Assembly: GCA_964016885.1 (NCBI GenBank)
Contig: OZ024755.1
Coordinates: forward strand, 40,796,001-40,860,000
From: Eledone cirrhosa
Lineage: Eukaryota
Reading direction: 5' to 3'
DNA length: 64,000 nucleotides
Positions 15,001 to 28,450 of this stretch are shown here, one piece after another; position 1 is the stretch's first letter; every line of letters starts with the position of its first letter. A program made the position numbers and the translations under genes. The notes under the pieces were generated by a model. The model had not been told where the DNA came from, did no database searches, and saw only the letters and a program-made list of their open reading frames with translations.

Positions 15001-18000
15001 AGACACTGCCTATGTCATTAACCCTTTCATTACCATATTTCTAATGAAAGACACTGTCTATGTCTTTAACCCTTTCATTACCATATTTCTACTGAAAGAC
15101 ACTGTCTATGTCTTTAACCCTTTCATTACCATATTTCTAATGAAAGACACAGCCTATGTCATTAACCCTTTCATTACCATATTTCTAATGAAAGACACCG
15201 TCTATGTCTTTAACCCTTCCATTACCATATTTCTATTGAAAGACACTGTCTATGTCATTAACCCTTTCATTACCATATATCTAATGAAAGACACTGTCTA
15301 TGTCATTAACCCTTCCATTACCAGATTTCTAATGAAAGACACTGTCTATGTCATTAACCCTTTCATTACCATATATCTAATAAAAGACACTGTCTATGTC
15401 TTTAACCCTTTCATTACCATATTTCTAATGAAAAACACCGTCCATGTCATTAACCCTTTCATTACCATATTTCTAATGAAAAACACCGTCCATGTCATTA
15501 ACCCTTTCATTACCATATTTCTAATAAAAGACACTGTCTATGTCTTTAACCCTTTCATTACCATGTTTCTAATGAAAAACACCGTCCATGTCATTAACCC
15601 TTTCATTACCATATTTCTAATAAAAGACACTGTCTATGTCTTTAACCCTTTCATTACCATATTTCTAATGAAAAACACCGTCCATGTCATTAACCCTTTC
15701 ATTACCATATTTCTAATAAAAGACACCGTCTATGTCTTTAACCCTTCCATTACCATATTTCTAATGAAAAACACCGTCTATGTCATTAACCCTTCCATTA
15801 CCATATTTCTAATGAAAGACACTGTCTATGTCATTAACCCTTTCATTACCAGATTTCTAATGAAAGACACTGTCTATGTCATTAACCCTTCCATTACCAT
15901 ATTTCTATTGAAAGACACTGCCTATGTCATTAACCTTTTCATTACCATATTTCTAATAAAAGACACTGTCTATGTCTTTAACCCTTTCATTACCATATTT
16001 CTAATGAAATACACCGTCTATGTCTTTAACACTTTCATTACCATATTTCTAATGAAAGACACCGTCTATGTCATTAACCCTTCCATTTCCGGATTTCTAA
16101 TGAAAGACACTGTATATGTCATTAACCCTTCCATTACCATATTTCTAATGAAAGACACCGTCTACGTCATTAACCCTTACGTTACCATATTTCTAATGAA
16201 AGACACCGTTTATGTCTTTAACCCTTCCATCAACATATTTCTAATGTAAGACACTGTCTATGTCATTAACCCTTCCATTACCATATTTCTAATGAAAGAC
16301 ACTGTATATATGTCATTAACCCTTCCATTACCAGATTTCTAGTGAAAGACACTGTATATGTCATTAACCCTTCCATTACCATATTTCTAATGAAAGACAC
16401 CGTCTATGTCATTAACCCTTCCATTACCATATTTCTAATGAAAGACACCGTCTATGTCTTTAACCCTTCCATTACCATATTTCTAATGAAAGACACTGTA
16501 TATATCATTAACCCTTCCATTACCATATTTCTAATGAAAGACACTGTATATGTCATTAACCCTTCCATTACCAGATTTCTAATGAAAGACACCGTCTATG
16601 TCATTAACCCTTCCATTACCATATTTCTAATGAAAGACACCGTCTATGTCTTTAACCCTTCCATTACCATATTTCTAATGAAAGACACCGTCTAGGTCAT
16701 TAACCCCTCCATTACCATATTTCTAATGAAAGACACTGTCTAGTCATTAACCCTTTTATTACCATATTTCTAATGAAAGACACTGTCTATGTCATTAACC
16801 CTTCCATTACCATATTTCTAATGAAAGACACTGTCTATGTCATTAACCTTTTCATTACTATATTTCTAATGAAAGACACCGTCTATGTCTTTAACACTTT
16901 CATTACCATATTTCTAATGAAAGACACCGTCTATGTCATTAATCCTTTCATTACCAGATTTCTAATGAAAGACACCGTCTATGTCTTTAACCCTTCCATT
17001 ACCATATTTCTAATGAAAGACACTGTCTATGTCATTAACCCTTCCATTGCCAGATTTCTAATGAAAGACACTATATATGTCATTAACCCTTCCATTACCA
17101 TATTTCTAATGAAAGACACTGTCTATGTCATTAACCCTTCCATTACCATATTTGTAATGAAAGACACTGTATATGTCATTAACCCTTCCATTACCATATT
17201 TCTAATGAAAGACACTGTCTATGTCATTAACCCTTCCATTAACAGATTTCGAATGAAAGACACTGTATATGTCATTAACCCTTCCATTACCATATTTCTA
17301 ATAAAAGACACTGTCTATGTCTTTAACCCTTTCATTACCATATTTCTAATAAAAGACACCGTCTATGTCTTTAACCTTTTCATTACCATATTTCTAATAA
17401 AAGACACCGTCTATGTCATTAACCCTTTCATTACCATATTTCTAATAAAAGACACCGTCTATGTCTTTAACCCTTTCATTACCATATTTCTAATAAAAGA
17501 CACCGTCTATGTCTTTAACCCTTACATTACCATATTTCTAATAAAAGACACTGTCTATGTCATTAACCCTTTCATTACCATATTTCTAATAAAAGACACT
17601 GTCTATGTCTTTAACCCTTTCATTACCATATTTCTAATAAAAGACACCGTCTATGTCATCAACCCTTTCATTACCATATTTCTAATAAAAGACACCGTCT
17701 ATGTCATTAACCCTTTCATTACCATATTGCTAATGAAAGACACTATCTATGTCTTTAACCCTTTCATTACCATATTTCTAATAAAAGACACCGTCTATGT
17801 CATTAACCCTTTCATTACCATATTTCTAATGAAAGACACTGTCTATGTCATTAACCCTTTCATTACCATATTTCTAATAAAAGACACCGTCTATGTCTTT
17901 AACCCTTTCATTACCATATTTCTAATAAAAGACACCGTCTATGTCATTAACCCTTTCATTACCATATTGCTAATGAAAGACACTGTCTATGTCATTAACC

Positions 18001-21000
18001 CTTTCATTACCAGATTTCTAATGAAAGACACTGTATATGTCATTAACCCTTCCATTACCATATTTCTAATGAAAGACACCGTCTATGTCATTAACCCTTC
18101 CATTACCATATTTCTAATGAAAGACACCGTCTATGTCATTAACCCTTCCATTACCATATTTCTAATGAAAGACACCGTCTATGTCATTAACCCTTCCATT
18201 ACCATATTTCTAATGAAAGACACCGTCTATGTCATTAACCCTTCCATCAACATATTTCTAATGAAAGACACCGTCTATGTCATTAACCCTTCCATTACCA
18301 TATTTCTAATAAAAGACACTGTCTATGTCATTAACCCTTCCATTACCATATTTCTAATGAAAGACACCGTCTATGTCATTAACCCTTCCATTACCATATT
18401 TCTAATGAAAGACACCGTCTACGTCATTAACCCTTACATTACCATATTTCTAATGAAAGACACCGTCTATGTCTTTAACCCTTCCATCAACATATTTCTA
18501 ATGAAAGACACTGTCTATGTCATTAACCCTTCCATTACCATATTTCTAATGAAAGACACTGTATATGTCATTAACCCTTCCATTACCAGATTTCTAATGA
18601 AAGACACCGTCTATGTCATTAACCCTTCCATTACCATATTTCTAATGAAAGACACCGTCTATGTCTTTAACCCTTCCATTACCATATTTCTAATGAAAGA
18701 CACCGTCTAGGTCATTAACCCCTCCATTACCATATTTCTAATGAAAGACACTGTCTATGTCATTAAACCTTCCATTACCATATTTCTAATAAAAGACACC
18801 GTCTATGTCATTAACCCTTTCATTACTATATTTCTAATGAAAGACACTGTCTATGTCTTTAATCCTTTCATTACCATATTTCTAATAAAAGACACCGTCT
18901 ATGTCTTTAACCCTTCCATTACCATATTTCTAATGAAAAACACTGTCTATGTCATTAACCCTTTCATTACCATATTTTTAATGAAAGACACTGTCTATGT
19001 CTTTAACCCTTTCATTACCATATTTCTAATGAAAAACACCGTCCATGTCATTAACCCTTTCATTACCATATTTCTAATAAAAGACGCTGTCTATGTCTTT
19101 AACCCTTTCATTACCATATTTCTAATGAAAAACACCGTCTATGTCATTAACCCTTCCATTACCATATTTCTAATGAAAGACACTGTCTATGTCATTAACC
19201 CTTTCATTACCATATTTGTAATGAAAAACACCGTCTATGTCATTAACCCTTCCATTACCATATTTCTATTGAAAGACACTGCCTATGTCATTAACCCTTT
19301 CATTACCATATTTCTAATAAAAGACACCGTCTATGTCATTAACCCTTTCATTATCATATTTCTAATGAAAGACACTGTCTATGTCATTCACCCTTCCATT
19401 ACCATATTTCTAATGAAAGACACTGTCTATATCATTAACCCTTTCATTACCATATTTCTAATGAAAAACACCGTCTATGTCATTAACCCTTTCATTACCA
19501 TATTTCTAATGAAAGACACTGTCTATGTCATTAACCCTTTCATTGCCATATTTCTAATGAACGACACTGTCTATGTCATTAAACCTTTCATTACCATATT
19601 TCTAATGAAAGACACTGTCTATGTCATTAACCCTTTCATTACCATATTTCTAATAAAAGACACTGTCTATGTCTTTAACCCTTTCATTACCATATTTCTA
19701 ATAAAAGACACCGTCTATGTCATTAACCCTTTCATTACCATATTTCTAATGAAAGACACTGTCTATGTCATTAACCCTTTCATTACCATATTTCTAATAA
19801 AAGACACTGTCTATGTCTTTAACCCTTTCATTACCATATTTCTAATAAAAGACACCGTCTATGTCTTTAACCCTTTCATTAACATATTTCTAATAAAAGA
19901 CACCGTCTATGTCATTAACCCTTTCATTACCATATTGCTAATGAAAGACACTGTCTATGTCATTAACCCTTTCATTACCAGATTTCTAATGAAAGACACT
20001 GTATATGTCATTAACCCTTCCATTACCATATTTCTAATGAAAGACACCGTCTACGTCATTAACCTTTACATTACCATATTTCTAATGAAAGACACCGTCT
20101 ATGTCTTTAACCCTTCCATCAACATATTTCTAATGAAAGACACTGTCTAGTCATTAACCCTTTTATTACCATATTTCTAATGAAAGACACTGTCTAGTCA
20201 TTAACCCTTTTATTACCATATTTCTAATGAAAGACACTGTCTATGTCATTAACCCTTCCATTACCATATTTCTAATGAAAGACACTGTCTATGTCATTAA
20301 CCTTTTCATTACTATATTTCTAATGAAAGACACCGTCTATGTCTTTAACACTTTCATTACCATATTTCTAATGAAAGACACCGTCTATGTCATTAATCCT
20401 TTCATTACCAGATTTCTAATGAAAGACACCGTCTATGTCTTTAACCCTTCCATTACCATATTTCTAATGAAAGACACTGTCTATGTCATTAACCCTTCCA
20501 TTGCCAGATTTCTAATGAAAGACACTATATATGTCATTAACCCTTCCATTACCATATTTCTAATGAAAGACACTGTCTATGTCATTAACCCTTCCATTAC
20601 CATATTTGTAATGAAAGACACTGTATATGTCATTAACCCTTCCATTACCATATTTCTAATGAAAGACACTGTCTATGTCATTAACCCTTCCATTAACAGA
20701 TTTCGAATGAAAGACACTGTATATGTCATTAACCCTTCCATTACCATATTTCTAATAAAAGACACTGTCTATGTCTTTAACCCTTTCATTACCATATTTC
20801 TAATAAAAGACACCGTCTATGTCTTTAACCTTTTCATTACCATATTTCTAATAAAAGACACCGTCTATGTCATTAACCCTTTCATTACCATATTTCTAAT
20901 AAAAGACACCGTCTATGTCTTTAACCCTTTCATTACCATATTTCTAATAAAAGACACCGTCTATGTCTTTAACCCTTACATTACCATATTTCTAATAAAA

Positions 21001-24000
21001 GACACTGTCTATGTCATTAACCCTTTCATTACCATATTTCTAATAAAAGACACTGTCTATGTCTTTAACCCTTTCATTACCATATTTCTAATAAAAGACA
21101 CCGTCTATGTCATCAACCCTTTCATTACCATATTTCTAATAAAAGACACCGTCTATGTCATTAACCCTTTCATTACCATATTGCTAATGAAAGACACTAT
21201 CTATGTCTTTAACCCTTTCATTACCATATTTCTAATAAAAGACACCGTCTATGTCATTAACCCTTTCATTACCATATTTCTAATGAAAGACACTGTCTAT
21301 GTCATTAACCCTTTCATTACCATATTTCTAATAAAAGACACCGTCTATGTCTTTAACCCTTTCATTACCATATTTCTAATAAAAGACACCGTCTATGTCA
21401 TTAACCCTTTCATTACCATATTGCTAATGAAAGACACTGTCTATGTCATTAACCCTTTCATTACCAGATTTCTAATGAAAGACACTGTATATGTCATTAA
21501 CCCTTCCATTACCATATTTCTAATGAAAGACACCGTCTATGTCATTAACCCTTCCATTACCATATTTCTAATGAAAGACACCGTCTATGTCATTAACCCT
21601 TCCATTACCATATTTCTAATGAAAGACACCGTCTATGTCATTAACCCTTCCATTACCATATTTCTAATGAAAGACACCGTCTATGTCATTAACCCTTCCA
21701 TCAACATATTTCTAATGAAAGACACCGTCTATGTCATTAACCCTTCCATTACCATATTTCTAATAAAAGACACTGTCTATGTCATTAACCCTTCCATTAC
21801 CATATTTCTAATGAAAGACACCGTCTATGTCATTAACCCTTCCATTACCATATTTCTAATGAAAGACACCGTCTACGTCATTAACCCTTACATTACCATA
21901 TTTCTAATGAAAGACACCGTCTATGTCTTTAACCCTTCCATCAACATATTTCTAATGAAAGACACTGTCTATGTCATTAACCCTTCCATTACCATATTTC
22001 TAATGAAAGACACTGTATATGTCATTAACCCTTCCATTACCAGATTTCTAATGAAAGACACCGTCTATGTCATTAACCCTTCCATTACCATATTTCTAAT
22101 GAAAGACACCGTCTATGTCTTTAACCCTTCCATTACCATATTTCTAATGAAAGACACCGTCTAGGTCATTAACCCCTCCATTACCATATTTCTAATGAAA
22201 GACACTGTCTATGTCATTAAACCTTCCATTACCATATTTCTAATAAAAGACACCGTCTATGTCATTAACCCTTTCATTACTATATTTCTAATGAAAGACA
22301 CTGTCTATGTCTTTAATCCTTTCATTACCATATTTCTAATAAAAGACACCGTCTATGTCATTAACCCTTTCATTATCATATTTCTAATGAAAGACACTGT
22401 CTATGTCATTCACCCTTCCATTACCATATTTCTAATGAAAGACACTGTCTATATCATTAACCCTTTCATTACCATATTTCTAATGAAAAACACCGTCTAT
22501 GTCATTAACCCTTTCATTACCATATTTCTAATGAAAGACACTGTCTATGTCATTAACCCTTTCATTGCCATATTTCTAATGAACGACACTGTCTATGTCA
22601 TTAAACCTTTCATTACCATATTTCTAATGAAAGACACTGTCTATGTCATTAACCCTTTCATTACCATATTTCTAATAAAAGACACTGTCTATGTCTTTAA
22701 CCCTTTCATTACCATATTTCTAATAAAAGACACCGTCTATGTCATTAACCCTTTCATTACCATATTTCTAATGAAAGACACTGTCTATGTCATTAACCCT
22801 TTCATTACCATATTTCTAATAAAAGACACTGTCTATGTCTTTAACCCTTTCATTACCATATTTCTAATAAAAGACACCGTCTATGTCTTTAACCCTTTCA
22901 TTAACATATTTCTAATAAAAGACACCGTCTATGTCATTAACCCTTTCATTACCATATTGCTAATGAAAGACACTGTCTATGTCATTAACCCTTTCATTAC
23001 CAGATTTCTAATGAAAGACACTGTATATGTCATTAACCCTTCCATTACCATATTTCTAATGAAAGACACCGTCTACGTCATTAACCTTTACATTACCATA
23101 TTTCTAATGAAAGACACCGTCTATGTCTTTAACCCTTCCATCAACATATTTCTAATGAAAGACACTGTCTATGTCATTAACCCTTCCATTACCATATTTC
23201 TAATGAAAGACACTGTATATGTCATTAACCCTTCCATTACCAGATTTCTAATGAAAGACACCGTCTATGTCATTAACCCTTCCATTACCATATTTCTAAT
23301 GAAAGACACCGTCTATGTCTTTAACTCTTCCATTACCATATTTCTAATGAAAGACACCGTCTAGGTCATTAACCCCTCCATTACCATATTTCTAATGAAA
23401 GACACTGTCTATGTCATTAAACCTTCCATTACCATATTTCTAATAAAAGACACCGTCTATGTCATTAACCCTTTCATTACTATATTTCTAATGAAAGACA
23501 CTGTCTATGTCTTTAATCCTTTCATTACCATATTTCTAATAAAAGACACCGTCTATGTCTTTAACCCTTCCATTACCATATTTCTAATGAAAAACACTGT
23601 CTATGTCATTAACCCTTTCATTACCATATTTCTAATGAAAGACACTGTCTATGTCTTTAATCCTTTCATTACCATATTTCTAATAAAAGACGCTGTCTAT
23701 GTCTTTAACCCTTTCATTACCATATTTCTAATGAAAAACACCGTCTATGTCATTAACCCTTCCATTACCATATTTCTAATGAAAGACACTGTCTATGTCA
23801 TTAACCCTTCCATTACCATATTTCTAATGAAAGACACCGTCTATGTCTTTAACCCTTCCATTACCATATTTCTAATGAAAGACACTGTCTATGTCATTAA
23901 CCCTTTCATTACCATATTTGTAATGAAAAACACCGTCTATGTCATTAACCCTTCCATTACCATATTTCTATTGAAAGACACTGCCTATGTCATTAACCCT

Positions 24001-27000
24001 TTCATTACCATATTTCTAATAAAAGACACCGTCTATGTCATTAACCCTTTCATTATCATATTTCTAATGAAAGACACTGTCTATGTCATTAACCCTTCCA
24101 TTACCATATTTCTAATGAAAGACACTGTCTATATCATTAACCCTTTCATTACCATATTTCTAATGAAAAACACCGTCTATGTCATTAACCCTTTCATTAC
24201 CATATTTCTAATGAAAGACACTGTCTATGTCATTAACCCTTTCATTGCCATATTTCTAATGAACGACACTGTCTATGTCATTAAACCTTTCATTACCATA
24301 TTTCTAATGAAAGACACTGTCTATGTCTTTAACCCTTTCATTACCATATTTCTAATGAAAAACACCGTCTATGTCATTAACCCTTCCATTACCATATTTC
24401 TAATGAAAGACACTGTCTATGTCTTTAACCCTTTCATTACCATATTTCTAATGAAAAACACCGTCTATGTCATTAACCCTTCCATTACCATATTTCTAAT
24501 GAAAGACACTGTCTATGTCTTTAACCCTTTCATTACCATATTTCTAATGAAAGACACTGTCTAAGTCATTAACCCTTTCATTACCATATTTCTAATGAAA
24601 GACACTGTCTATGTCTTTAACACTTTCATTACCATATTTCTAATGAAAGACACTCTCTATGTCATTAACACTTTCATTACCATATTTCTAATGAAAGACA
24701 CTGTCTACGTCATTAACCCTTCCATTACCATATTTCTAATGAAAGACACCGTCTATGTCATTAACCCCTCCATTACCATATTTCTAATGAAAGACACTGT
24801 CTAGTCATTAACCCTTTTATTACCATATTTCTAATGAAAGACACTGTCTATGTCATTAAACCTTCCATTACCATATTTCTAATAAAAGACACCGTCTATG
24901 TCATTAACCCTTTCATTACCATATTTCTAATAAAAGACACCTTCTATGTCATTAACCCCTCCATTACCATATTTCTAATGAAAGACACTGTCTAGTCATT
25001 AACCCTTTCATTACCATATTTCTAATGAAAGACACTGTCTATGTCTTTAACCCTTTCATTACCATATTTCTAATGAAAAACACCGTCTATGTCATTAACC
25101 CTTTCATTACCATATTTCTAATGAAAGACACTGACTATGTCTTTAACCCTTTCATTGCCATATTTCTAATGAAAAACACCGTCTATGTCATTAACCCTTC
25201 CATTACCATATTTCTAATGAAAGACACTGTCTATGTCATTAACCCTTTCATTACCATATTTTTAATGAAAAACACCGTCTATGTCATTAACCCTTCCATT
25301 ACCATATTTCTATTGAAAGACACTGCCTATGTCATTAACCCTTTCATTACCATATTTCTAATAAACGACACCGTCTATGTCATTAACCCTTTCATTATCA
25401 TATTTCTAATAAAAGACACTGTCAATGTCATTAACCCTTTCATTACCATATTTCTAATGAAAGACACTGTCTATGTCATTAACCCTTCCATTACCATATT
25501 TCTAATGAAAGACACTGTCTATGTCATTAACCCTTCCATTACCATATTTCTAATGAAAGACACTGTATATGTCATTAACCCTTCCATTACCATATTTCTA
25601 ATGAAAGACACTGTCTATGTCATTAACCCTTCCATTACCAGATTTCTAATGACAGACACTGTATATGTCATTAACCCTTCCATTACCATATTTCTAATGA
25701 AAGACACCGTCTATGTCATTAACCCTTCCATTACCATATTTCTAATGAAAGACACCGTCTATGTCTTTAACCCTTCCATTACCATATTTCTAATGAAAGA
25801 CACCGTCTATGTCATTAACCCCTCCATTACCATATTTCTAATGAAAGACACTGTCTATGTCATTAACCCTTCCATTACCATATTTCTATTGAAAGACACT
25901 GCCTATGTCATTAACCCTTTCATTACCATATTTCTAATAAAAGACACCGTCTATGTCATTAACCCTTTCATTATCATATTTCTAATAAAAGACACTGTCA
26001 ATGTCATTAACCCTTTCATTACCATATTTCTAATGAAAGACACTGTCTATGTCATTAACCCTTTCATTACCATATTTCTAATGAAAGACACTGTCTATGT
26101 CTTTAACCCTTTCATTACCATATTTCTAATGAAAAATACCGTCTATGTCATTAACCCTTCCATTACCATATTTCTAATGAAAGACACTGTCTATGTCTTT
26201 CATTACCATATTTCTAATAAAAGACACTGTGAATGTCATTAACCCTTTCATTACCATATTTCTAATGAAAGACACTGTCTATGTCATTAACCCTTCCATT
26301 ACCATATTTCTAATGAAAGACACTGTCTATGTCTTTCATTACCATATTTCTAATAAAAGACACTCTCAATGTCATTAACCCTTTCATTACCTTATTTCTA
26401 ATGAAAGACACTGTCTATGTCATTAACCCTTTCATTGCCATATTTCTAATGAACGACACTGTCTATGTCATTAACCCTTCCATTACCATATTTCTAATGA
26501 AAGACACTGTCTATGTCTTTCATTACCATATTTCTAATAAAAGACACTGTCAATGTCATTAACCATTTCATTACCATATTTCTAATGAAAGACACTGTCT
26601 ATGTCATTAACCCTTTCATTGCCATATTTCTAATGAACGACACTGTCTATGTCATTAACCCTTCCATTACCATATTTCTAATGAAAGACACTGTCTATGT
26701 CTTTCATTACCATATTTCTAATAAAAGACACTGTCAATGTCATTAACCCTTTCATTACCATATTTCTAATGAAAGACACTGTCTATGTCATTAACCCTTT
26801 CATTGCCATATTTCTAATGAACGACACTGTCTATGTCATTAACCCTTCTATTACCATATTTCTAATAAAAGACTCTGTCAATGTCATTAACCCTTTTATT
26901 ACCATATTTCTAATGAAAGACACTGTCAATGTCATTAACCCTTTCATTACCATATTTCTAATGAAAGACACTGTCTATGTCATTAACCCTTTCATTGCCA

Positions 27001-27175
27001 TATTTCTAATGAACGACACTGTCTATGTCATTAACCCTTTCATTACCATATTTCTAATGAAAGACACCGTCTATGTCTTTAACCCTTTCATTACCATATT
27101 TCTAATGAAAGACACTGTCTATGTCATTAACCCTTCCATTACCATATTTCTAATGAAAGACACTGTCTATGTCTT
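1..27175. repeat. 48-bp satellite array, consensus ATGAAAGACACYGTCTATGTCWTTAACCCTTYCATTACCAKATTTCTA, about 565 monomers, continuing off the left edge
   Basis: Directly visible head-to-tail 48-bp periodicity with recurrent variant positions. The array ends abruptly at ...ctatgtctt|cacg. Confidence 0.99.
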
Positions 27176-27307
27176 CACGTTATTAAACTGGATGTTTGCT
27201 ACACACCTTTCATAAAAAAATTATGGGCGGTTTTGATATGAACTGCTTAAAACCGCTAGTTTTATATTATAGAACCAAGGTCAGTTTTAAGCAGGTTTGT
27301 ATCGAAT

Positions 27308-27380
27308 GCCAGGTTTGGAACTGAACCCAGAATCACATGGTTGCGAAGCGAACTCCTTAACCACCCACCATGCCTGTCCA
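27308..27380 (-). mobile_element. 5' (tRNA-derived head) fragment of a SINE
   Basis: Reverse strand reads tggttaaggagttcgcttcgcaaccatgtgattctgggttcagttcca, an A-box/B-box-like head resembling the SINE head near 51095. Confidence 0.5.
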
Positions 27381-27532
27381 TATCTAGATTGTAAGGGGCT
27401 TCTTTCTTTCCTTGTTTCTTTACTTTGGGAACGTAAAAAAAAATTTTGTTTTTTATATCAATAATCTCGCGAGACTTGTAACAATTGATGAATGTAAAAT
27501 AAACGAAAAAGATAAAATAAAAACGTCAGTAA

Positions 27533-27624
27533 TCTCGCGAGACGGATTCGAACCATCGACCTAAGGATAACAGCTGTTTATTCACCTCTACAGTCCTCCG
27601 CTCTACCAACTGAGCTATCGCGAG
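27533..27624 (-). tRNA. trnY: tRNA-Tyr(GTA) with a 19-nt intron (27569-27587)
   Basis: Minus strand CTCGCGATAGCTCAGTTGGTAGAGCGGAGGACTGTAG[AGGTGAATAAACAGCTGTT]ATCCTTAGGTCGATGGTTCGAATCCGTCTCGCGAGA. Perfect 7-bp acceptor stem, A and B boxes, intron at the canonical 37/38 position, oligo-T terminator just downstream. Confidence 0.96.
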
Positions 27625-27749
27625 TACTGAGTACTGCTGTCAAAATATATTCTGTTATCAGATCAAATTACTCGCTGGGTGGCGTCCTGAGGACTTTGTC
27701 ACGACAACAGTATTGTGTGGGAGGAGGTGGTGGAGGGGAAGAAGGAGGG

Positions 27750-27816
27750 GAAGAAGAAGAAGAAGAAGAAGAAGAAGAAGAAGAAGAAGAAGAAGAAGAA
27801 GAAGAAGAAGAAGAAG
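27750..27816. repeat. (GAA)n microsatellite
   Basis: Pure GAA run. Confidence 0.97.
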
Positions 27817-27949
27817 ATTAACTTGTTTGTTTATTGAGCGTGTGATATCTGTAGAGATGTGTGGATGTTCAATATAAATGGAATCAGTTTTATATTATTA
27901 CAGATGGTGTTTGTTTTTACCCCGGGAGACTGATGATGATGATGATGAT

Positions 27950-28450
27950 GTGTATTAGACGACAGACCTGGTGTATTAGACGACAGACCTGGTGTATTAG
28001 ACGACAGACCTGGTGTATTAGACGATAGACCTGGTGTATTAGACGATAGACCTGGTGTATTAGACGATAGACCTGGTGTATTAGACGACAGACCTGGTGT
28101 ATTAGACGACAGACCTGGTGTATTAGACGATAGACCTGGTGTATTAGACGATAGACCTGGTGTATTAGACGACAGACTGGTGTATTAGACGACAGACCTG
28201 GTGTATTAGACGATAGACCTGGTGTATTAGACGATAGACCTGGTGTATTAGACGACAGACCTGGTGTATTAGACGACAGACCTGGTGTATTAGACGATAG
28301 ACCTGGTGTATTAGACGACAGACCTGGTGTATTAGACGACAGACCTGGTGTATTAGACGATAGACCTGGTGTATTAGACGACAGACCTGGTGTATTAGAC
28401 GACAGACCTGGTGTATTAGACGATAGACCTGGTGTATTAGACGACAGACC
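27950..28450. repeat. 21-bp minisatellite GGTGTATTAGACGAYAGACCT, about 24 copies
   Basis: Direct tandem repetition with one C/T variable site. Confidence 0.97.

Noticed and set aside
21-27215. Giant repeat-protein genes (MKDTVYVINPSITIFL)n
   Set aside because: These are a by-product of a 48-bp (3n) monomer. Stops and 1-2-bp indels are propagated with the duplicated blocks, there are no unique N- or C-terminal domains, and there is no splice structure.
27950-28450. CRISPR-like array (also considered for the 32-bp and 48-bp arrays)
   Set aside because: Units are head-to-tail with no unique spacers, there are no cas genes, and the context is eukaryotic.
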